Under the pieces are notes generated by a model. The model was given only the letters and a program-made list of their open reading frames with translations, did no database searches and was not told where the DNA came from. 31,317 nt of DNA from a virus (Duplodnaviria > Caudoviricetes): IMG/VR virus record IMGVR_UViG_3300033076_001325, positions 1 through 31,317 of that record; one strand, given 5' to 3'. The translations under genes were made by a program, and so were the position numbers. Shown here piece after piece: positions 25,257 to 31,317 of the stretch (positions within the stretch are counted from its first letter, which is position 1; every line of letters starts with the position of its first letter).

Positions 25257-27295
25257 TGCCTTTAATAAATTTAAAGACAGATCTTAAGTCCCTAAAATAT
25301 GGGAAAGATACTCTCGGTGGTGGGTATAGTGGGCAACCTTATATTCAAACTGAGATTCCTGAAACTTTTAATTCGTTAGGACCTCGTGAAGATTTTATTT
25401 TAAGAGGAGGAGTAAATGCAGCTAGTGATTCTTTAACAGACGTAAAACGTTTGTCAAAGATGTTTGCTGATACTAAATCACCTAATGGATTATTATTTGT
25501 TGCTAAACAACAATTATTATCTCGCACAGCAGTTCGTACCCAAACTAGTGGAATATTAAATGGTGGGGTGTATTCTCCACTAAATACATTGGCTGAAGCC
25601 GGTGTTGTAGCGTTTGGTACGCATTTAAACAAACAAGGCATAAATCCATTTGCTCAAACAGGAGCATACGCTAATAACGATAATTTATATTTTAATAAAG
25701 TTAAACCGAATCCTAATGATCCCGGCGGTTCTACAAAAAACAATAGACTTGTTAAAATATACAATGAAAAACAAATAGTAAAAATAGATGATGTAAATGT
25801 TTTAACATATTCCGGAGGTCCTGGTGCTCCGTTAGGAGTAGGTAGAACAGGAATAAGATTTGCTGATCAAAGAACAGGTGTTAATAATGCCACATCTATT
25901 ACTAGTACAAAAATTGTAACACCTGGAGATTATTTAAAGAATATAGGAAATCCTATAAATGATCAAGGCGTTTCCGGAAAATATGTTAGATTAACTAGTG
26001 GATCTCTTTCTAACGGATATAATCCTGAAGGAATTCAACAAGGAACTTATTTTTTCAATGTTTATGAACCTGCAGTTGAAGGTAATACATGGCCTAAAAA
26101 TAGTCCCTTAATATATGATAATAATACCTTTACCTATAATCAAGAAGATATAATTTCAACCCCATTAAATGAGGGTAAATTAGTTGGTTCTCCTAAAATT
26201 CAAGATTTTAGAGCTAATTTAAGAGCTAAATTAGGTAGCTTTAAAAACGAAAATGGAAGAAATTCCACAGAAGTAGGTGCAACTCCTGCATCATTAAATT
26301 ATACTAATGGTGGTAATATTGAAGATAGAGTCAATCTAGGAGACCCAGGACAAAGAGCCAATCATGATTATTCAGATTATGCCAAAGGATTACTCCAAAG
26401 ATCCCCTAATGGTGATCCAGGAACAGGTCCTAGTATGTACAGTCTTTATAACACTCCAGGATTAGGAACTACAACTAATGATTTAGGTTTAGACAAAATA
26501 AATTCACTTCCTATATATAGAAGTGAAAATGCAACAACAGATGATGTTGTTAACGATTTAGTTAAATTTAGAATTGGTATTATAGATAATGATTCTCCTA
26601 ATTTTAAAACGTTTTTACATTTTAGAGCATTTTTAGGAGGGATAACAGATAGTTACAGTGCTAACTGGAATGGTTTTAATTACTTAGGAAGAGGTGAACA
26701 ATTTTTCACTTATAGTGGATTCACCAGACAACTTTCATTATCATGGACTGTTGCTGCTCAATCAAAACAAGAACTTATACCAATGTATAAGAAACTTAAT
26801 TATTTAGCATCAACATTGACCCCTGATTATAGTCCTAATGGTTATATGAGAGGTAATTTAGCACAATTAACTATTGGTGGATACTTGTATGAAATGCCTG
26901 GAATTATAACAGGTTTAACATACGATATTCAAGAAGATACTCCTTGGGAAATAGGAATTGGTTCCACTCAGGGTACAGAAGATGGTACTGTTAAAGAATT
27001 ACCTCATATTATTAGAGTTACTGGATTTAACTTTATTCCAATACCAAGATTTTTACCAAGAACTCAAACAGTTTCATTTGGTACAGATAACGATACTGGA
27101 TTTGGTTATAATTATGGTACTGAAAGATATATAGCTTTAGCAAATGGATTAACAGAAGCTAATAGTAATTATAATAACTCTGATACTACTTTAATAAGAC
27201 CAAATCCCTCAAACCCAACAAACAATAACCCTGATTTAACTTTAGGAAATCAAGGTAATTTAATTTTGGTAAATCAAGGAAGTTTATTATCTTAA
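25256..27295 (+). CDS. Baseplate protein with a C-terminal tube-initiator-like domain
   Basis: Lies between tape measure and the LysM-like gene; FRAFLGGITDSYSANW...YLGRGEQFFTYSGFTRQLSLSW...LTIGGYLYEMPGII resembles tube-fold initiator domains. Confidence 0.6.
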   Translation: MPLINLKTDLKSLKYGKDTLGGGYSGQPYIQTEIPETFNSLGPREDFILRGGVNAASDSLTDVKRLSKMFADTKSPNGLLFVAKQQLLSRTAVRTQTSGILNGGVYSPLNTLAEAGVVAFGTHLNKQGINPFAQTGAYANNDNLYFNKVKPNPNDPGGSTKNNRLVKIYNEKQIVKIDDVNVLTYSGGPGAPLGVGRTGIRFADQRTGVNNATSITSTKIVTPGDYLKNIGNPINDQGVSGKYVRLTSGSLSNGYNPEGIQQGTYFFNVYEPAVEGNTWPKNSPLIYDNNTFTYNQEDIISTPLNEGKLVGSPKIQDFRANLRAKLGSFKNENGRNSTEVGATPASLNYTNGGNIEDRVNLGDPGQRANHDYSDYAKGLLQRSPNGDPGTGPSMYSLYNTPGLGTTTNDLGLDKINSLPIYRSENATTDDVVNDLVKFRIGIIDNDSPNFKTFLHFRAFLGGITDSYSANWNGFNYLGRGEQFFTYSGFTRQLSLSWTVAAQSKQELIPMYKKLNYLASTLTPDYSPNGYMRGNLAQLTIGGYLYEMPGIITGLTYDIQEDTPWEIGIGSTQGTEDGTVKELPHIIRVTGFNFIPIPRFLPRTQTVSFGTDNDTGFGYNYGTERYIALANGLTEANSNYNNSDTTLIRPNPSNPTNNNPDLTLGNQGNLILVNQGSLLS

Positions 27296-27299
27296 TAGA

Positions 27300-27599
27300 A
27301 TGAATAGATATCAAAATATACCGCAAACAAAAATAGAAGGAAAACAGGCTTATCAAACATCTCGATATCCTGAAGTTCCTCTATCTGCAAATGATATATA
27401 TGTTTATACAACACAGGGTGATAGATTTGATACCTTATCTCAACAATATTACAAAGACAGTTCTCTATGGTGGGTTATATCAATAGCAAATACTGATAAA
27501 GTTAATCAAAGTACTTTAGTAATTCCTGAAGGTCTTCAAATAAGAATCCCAGCAACATATGCAAATGTAGTAAGAGATTTTAACTTAATAAACGCTTAA
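27300..27599 (+). CDS. LysM-like baseplate wedge protein (T4 gp53 / P2 gpX-like)
   Basis: TTQGDRFDTLSQQYYKDSSLWWVISIAN...GLQIRIP. Confidence 0.85.
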   Translation: MNRYQNIPQTKIEGKQAYQTSRYPEVPLSANDIYVYTTQGDRFDTLSQQYYKDSSLWWVISIANTDKVNQSTLVIPEGLQIRIPATYANVVRDFNLINA

Positions 27600-27603
27600 A
27601 AAT

Positions 27604-30600
27604 ATGGGTAATATAGTAGGCGAAGGTTTTCCTAAGAAAATTATAGAACAAGTAAATAGACGACAATTAATTTATGGTTCTTTAAATAGAACTAATGAAG
27701 AATTAACTTATCTAAATTCAAGAACAGGATGGGTTAAATTAGTTTCCTCAGTTAATGTGACTAAAGCAGGGGTTAGAGGTGTTCCTGTTACAGGAGTAGA
27801 ATTAGCTCGTGATTTTGTTTTATTTGGTGGTACTTCAAACCAAGATGATAAACGTAATGTAGTTTTAAGAAAAGGTATTTGGGATGGTAATACATCTCAA
27901 GTTGAAGGAGCAAATGTCCCAAATCCTCAAGATTATTGGTCTTATGGTATGGGAGGTACAGCATTTGGTATTAACCCAATGCCTGGTCTTACTTCAGCTG
28001 AAATTAAAACAGAAACAAGAGGTTCTTTAAAAACGGCTACTGTTAAGGTTAAAGCAAATAATCGTAACCAATTTGATATAATTGATAGTCTTTATATGCG
28101 TTTAGGTTATTCAATGTTATTGGAATGGGGAAATAGTTCTTATTTTTTAAATGATGGAACTTATAAAGCTGATTACGAAAGTTTAGCAGAAGATTTTTTA
28201 AATGGATCTCTAAACTATGGTAATTACTTAACAAAAATAAATGAAAAAAGATTAGCATCTTGTGGTAATTATGATGCACTTGTTGGTAAAGTAGTTAATT
28301 TTAATTGGTCCTATCTCCAAGATGGAACATATGATATTACTATTATTTTAAGAAGTATGGGAGATGTTATAGAATCTCTAAAAACAAACTCACTACTTCC
28401 TTTAGGAGGAAATACCCCACCAACCCCAGTAACAGGAAGCGAAGTAACTCCCCAACCAAACGAAACCACAGGTGAAGAAACACCCCCAGAACCAACACCT
28501 GAAGATATTATTAGAGATTTTGCTAATACTCATGAAATAGGTAAATTCTTTAATTCAAAGATGCAAGCTATGTCTAATGCATCTTCTAATTTAAGTGGTC
28601 TTTCTGTGTTAGCTGGAGGTGATGGAAAAATTAATTTTATAAAACAAACTTACCCTGATGGAGGTAATACTCAATATTATGTTAGATTAGAAAGATTTTT
28701 ATATTTTTTAAAAACTACTTTAATCCCTTATGTAAATTCTCCAAGTGTAAAATTGCTAGATATAGATACTAATGTTGAAACTAATTTAATATATACTTTA
28801 GCTCGACAAATTAGTACCGATCCAAGAATTGTTATATTTAATACTGTTGTTGATACAGCAACAGGTCCTGTATACTTTGCAAGTGGTGCTGAACCTTTCT
28901 TTACTGAAGAAATAAAAGGAAATAGATACGGAAAGATTATGAATGCATATTTTAATATGACTTATATTCTTACCCAATTAGAATCCTTAAAAGATAAAGA
29001 TGGTAAAGTTAATCTATTTGACCTATTAAAATCATTATGTGATGGTTGGAATTCAGCTACTGGGAATTTTAATAAGCTAGAACCTACAGTTGATAGTGAA
29101 TCAAATAAAATAGTTTTTATAGATGAAGTAACTTGTCCTGATAAAGATGATATTTTAAGTAAACAAGGTAAATCCACAGAATTAGCTTATTTTAATATAA
29201 CAGGTCTTTATGGAAATACAGATGGTACTACAACTTCAGGATTTGTACGAGATTTAAGTTTCTCAACTACAATATCACCTAATTTAGCCACAATGATTAC
29301 AGTAGGAGCTACTAGTAATGGATATGTTCCTGGTCAAGATGCTACTGCTTTAAGTGCTATGAATAATGGATTTGTAGATAGATTTAAAAAAACACTTAAT
29401 CTCCCAGCAACTGCAAATAATAATACTAAAGGTACTTCTTCATTAGAAGATAGCTATCAAGAATCAATTGCTGCTTTTGATACGTTTGTAGCTGAATTAG
29501 GTTCATTAAATGAAGCAACTGTTCCAACATGGAATGAAGAAGCAATTAATGCTTTTACAAACGCAGCTGTTTCTTTTTATGAATATGATCAAGCAAAACA
29601 AACAGAAGAAAAAAAAGAAACAAATCCAAATGCATCATCTCCTAACTCTGGATTTTTACCATTTGACTTATCATTAACAATAGATGGTCTTTCTGGTATG
29701 AAAGTATATCAAAAATATACTATAGATGCATCATATTTACCTTCTAATTATCCAACATCTTTAGAATTTATTATTAAAGGAATAACTAATACAATTCAAG
29801 ATAACCAATGGATTACTGTTTTAGAATCAATGGCTATTCCTAAAAATGCAAATGGTTCTAAAAAAGGAAAAGGTGCAGTTTATGCAGCATCTACACCTTC
29901 CGGAGATGTAAGAGATTCTTCAAGAGGAGTAATCCCAGCAGGTGCTGTAAAAGGATCAACATGGACTTCATTGTCAGAAATCCAAAGAAAAAATGCAATT
30001 TATCTTTACAATACTCTTTTATCATATGGTTTCACAGATATTGAAGCTAGAGCTATTATGGGTATTGTTTCTAAAGAATCAGGATTTGTTCCTAGAAATG
30101 AAACATCATATAGAAATACTAAGGCCTCTAGAATTAGAAAAATTTTCCCTAGTAAATTCCCAAGTAGTTATACTGATGCTCAAATAGATATTCTTAAAAA
30201 GAATGATGCAGCATTCTGGAATAGAGTATATGGTGGTAGATATGGTAACAATTCTACAGGTGATGGTTCCAAATATTTAGGAAGAGGATTTAATGGACTT
30301 ACTTTTAAAGGTAATTACGAAACATACAACAAACTTTATAAACAGAAAGGTTCTAAAGCTGGAGTAATAGATATTGTTAATGATCCTGATGTAGTAAATA
30401 AAGCAGAAGGAGGAATATATAAAATTGCTTCTCATATTGCTGCTTTGTATTTCCAAAGAAACAAAAATAATTTCTTCCCAAATGCTAAAAATCCAACTTT
30501 GGATCAAGCAATATTTAATTTTATGAGAGCTAATGCTGGTTGGGGTTCTAGTACAAATGGATTTACATTCCAAGAAGGATTAGCCAAAGCTAAAAAATTT

Positions 30601-30630
30601 GTAGCATCTTTACCTAAAGAAATAGCTTAA
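27604..30630 (+). CDS. Baseplate hub-like protein with C-terminal GH19-like peptidoglycan hydrolase
   Basis: Follows the LysM-like gene. The C-terminal ~220 aa contain AIMGIVSKESG...RNE and YGGRYGN..GDGSKYLGRGFNGLTFKGNY, after a G/S/K-rich linker. Confidence 0.7.
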   Translation: MGNIVGEGFPKKIIEQVNRRQLIYGSLNRTNEELTYLNSRTGWVKLVSSVNVTKAGVRGVPVTGVELARDFVLFGGTSNQDDKRNVVLRKGIWDGNTSQVEGANVPNPQDYWSYGMGGTAFGINPMPGLTSAEIKTETRGSLKTATVKVKANNRNQFDIIDSLYMRLGYSMLLEWGNSSYFLNDGTYKADYESLAEDFLNGSLNYGNYLTKINEKRLASCGNYDALVGKVVNFNWSYLQDGTYDITIILRSMGDVIESLKTNSLLPLGGNTPPTPVTGSEVTPQPNETTGEETPPEPTPEDIIRDFANTHEIGKFFNSKMQAMSNASSNLSGLSVLAGGDGKINFIKQTYPDGGNTQYYVRLERFLYFLKTTLIPYVNSPSVKLLDIDTNVETNLIYTLARQISTDPRIVIFNTVVDTATGPVYFASGAEPFFTEEIKGNRYGKIMNAYFNMTYILTQLESLKDKDGKVNLFDLLKSLCDGWNSATGNFNKLEPTVDSESNKIVFIDEVTCPDKDDILSKQGKSTELAYFNITGLYGNTDGTTTSGFVRDLSFSTTISPNLATMITVGATSNGYVPGQDATALSAMNNGFVDRFKKTLNLPATANNNTKGTSSLEDSYQESIAAFDTFVAELGSLNEATVPTWNEEAINAFTNAAVSFYEYDQAKQTEEKKETNPNASSPNSGFLPFDLSLTIDGLSGMKVYQKYTIDASYLPSNYPTSLEFIIKGITNTIQDNQWITVLESMAIPKNANGSKKGKGAVYAASTPSGDVRDSSRGVIPAGAVKGSTWTSLSEIQRKNAIYLYNTLLSYGFTDIEARAIMGIVSKESGFVPRNETSYRNTKASRIRKIFPSKFPSSYTDAQIDILKKNDAAFWNRVYGGRYGNNSTGDGSKYLGRGFNGLTFKGNYETYNKLYKQKGSKAGVIDIVNDPDVVNKAEGGIYKIASHIAALYFQRNKNNFFPNAKNPTLDQAIFNFMRANAGWGSSTNGFTFQEGLAKAKKFVASLPKEIA

Positions 30631-30632
30631 TT

Positions 30633-31229
30633 ATGTATTTTCCAAAATCACAAATAACACCTAATCAATATACTAACGGAGGAGAATTTATATATGCTTC
30701 TTCCAAACTTCCATATGTTGGGTATTATTTTAAAGTATCCACTGGAAAATATTTTACTGGAAAGACTCCTGATGATAGACCTAATGAAGAATTAATCTTT
30801 ACTAATGTTCAAGATTATACTGATGGTCAACAAACAACAGTAGTGCAAATTGATCCTTTGATGTATTATTTAACTAATAATCTTACATCATTAAAAAATG
30901 CTCAACCTGTTTATTTACCATATTATTCTCCTATGATTCCAACAACTCAAGATTACCAAAATGGAGAATTTCAAAGATATTTTTGTAAAAAAACAAATGA
31001 TATAATTTATATTGAAATTAATTTAGATCAATTTACTAAATTAAAAGCAAAAAATCCTCAAATAGAATATTCATTATATCAACCATTTACTTTAACTTGG
31101 ATTTTAACAGGAGATAAAGAAAAAGTAGCTAAAACTAATAAAAATATAGTAGAATTAGCTTCTTTTAAACAAAAATTACCTAAACTTGGAGAATACTTAA
31201 AATTTGATTATCTTAAATACTATAAATAA
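30633..31229 (+). CDS. Hypothetical protein
   Basis: 198-aa ORF 2 nt after the previous stop, with codon usage like neighbouring genes; no function recognised. Confidence 0.75.
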   Translation: MYFPKSQITPNQYTNGGEFIYASSKLPYVGYYFKVSTGKYFTGKTPDDRPNEELIFTNVQDYTDGQQTTVVQIDPLMYYLTNNLTSLKNAQPVYLPYYSPMIPTTQDYQNGEFQRYFCKKTNDIIYIEINLDQFTKLKAKNPQIEYSLYQPFTLTWILTGDKEKVAKTNKNIVELASFKQKLPKLGEYLKFDYLKYYK

Positions 31230-31243
31230 AATGGTTATATTAA

Positions 31244-31317
31244 ATGTTTTGGCTAATAGAAACTCAAGATCAAATTGAATATTTGATTAATAAAAAATAT
31301 AAGGAAGCATTCATTGA
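31244..31317 (+). CDS. 5' fragment of a gene running off the window (MFWLIETQDQIEYLINKKYKEAFI...)
   Basis: ATG 14 nt after the previous stop, open to the end of the window; too short to assign. Confidence 0.55.
   Translation, partial: MFWLIETQDQIEYLINKKYKEAFI

Noticed and set aside
14220-30573. Other short minus-strand or nested ORFs (e.g. 16287-16625, 19217-19516, 22755-23270, 23862-24509, 25345-25641, 30277-30573)
   Set aside because: They overlap well-supported + strand genes and show no recognisable motifs.
18969-30630. Bacterial extracellular contractile injection system or tailocin
   Set aside because: Neck (gp13/14-like) genes, PhoH and a recurrent late-type motif fit a complete phage better, although capsid and terminase genes are not in this window.
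1-31317. Alternative genetic code, tRNA genes, introns or mobile elements
   Set aside because: Long ORFs tile the window under the standard code, intergenic gaps are short, and no cloverleaf, homing endonuclease, intein or transposase signature was recognised.

Overview
This AT-rich window is the late (virion morphogenesis) region of a large contractile-tailed dsDNA phage, with all credible genes on the + strand. The order is: end of a fibre-like gene, then an amidinotransferase-family / phosphatidylserine-decarboxylase-like / PhoH trio, then neck proteins and tail terminator (T4 gp13/14/15-like). Next come a 2269-aa Pro-free Gly-X-Y repeat fibre with a C-terminal S74 chaperone, a small partner protein, and three glycosyltransferase genes (one apparently three-domain, one GT4, one Aah/TibC-type protein O-heptosyltransferase homologue). 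The rest is tail sheath, tube, a tail assembly chaperone pair, tape measure, and baseplate genes, including a hub fused to a GH19-like muramidase. ATATTTAT recurs just upstream of most gene blocks and is a likely late promoter. The most interesting candidates are (1) a phage-encoded virion O-glycosylation system acting on the giant Ser-rich fibre, (2) a coupled amidinotransferase plus soluble pyruvoyl decarboxylase pair of unknown substrate, and (3) a probable programmed +1 frameshift at a T7 run in the tail chaperone locus. All family calls come from motifs recognised by eye; no searches were run.
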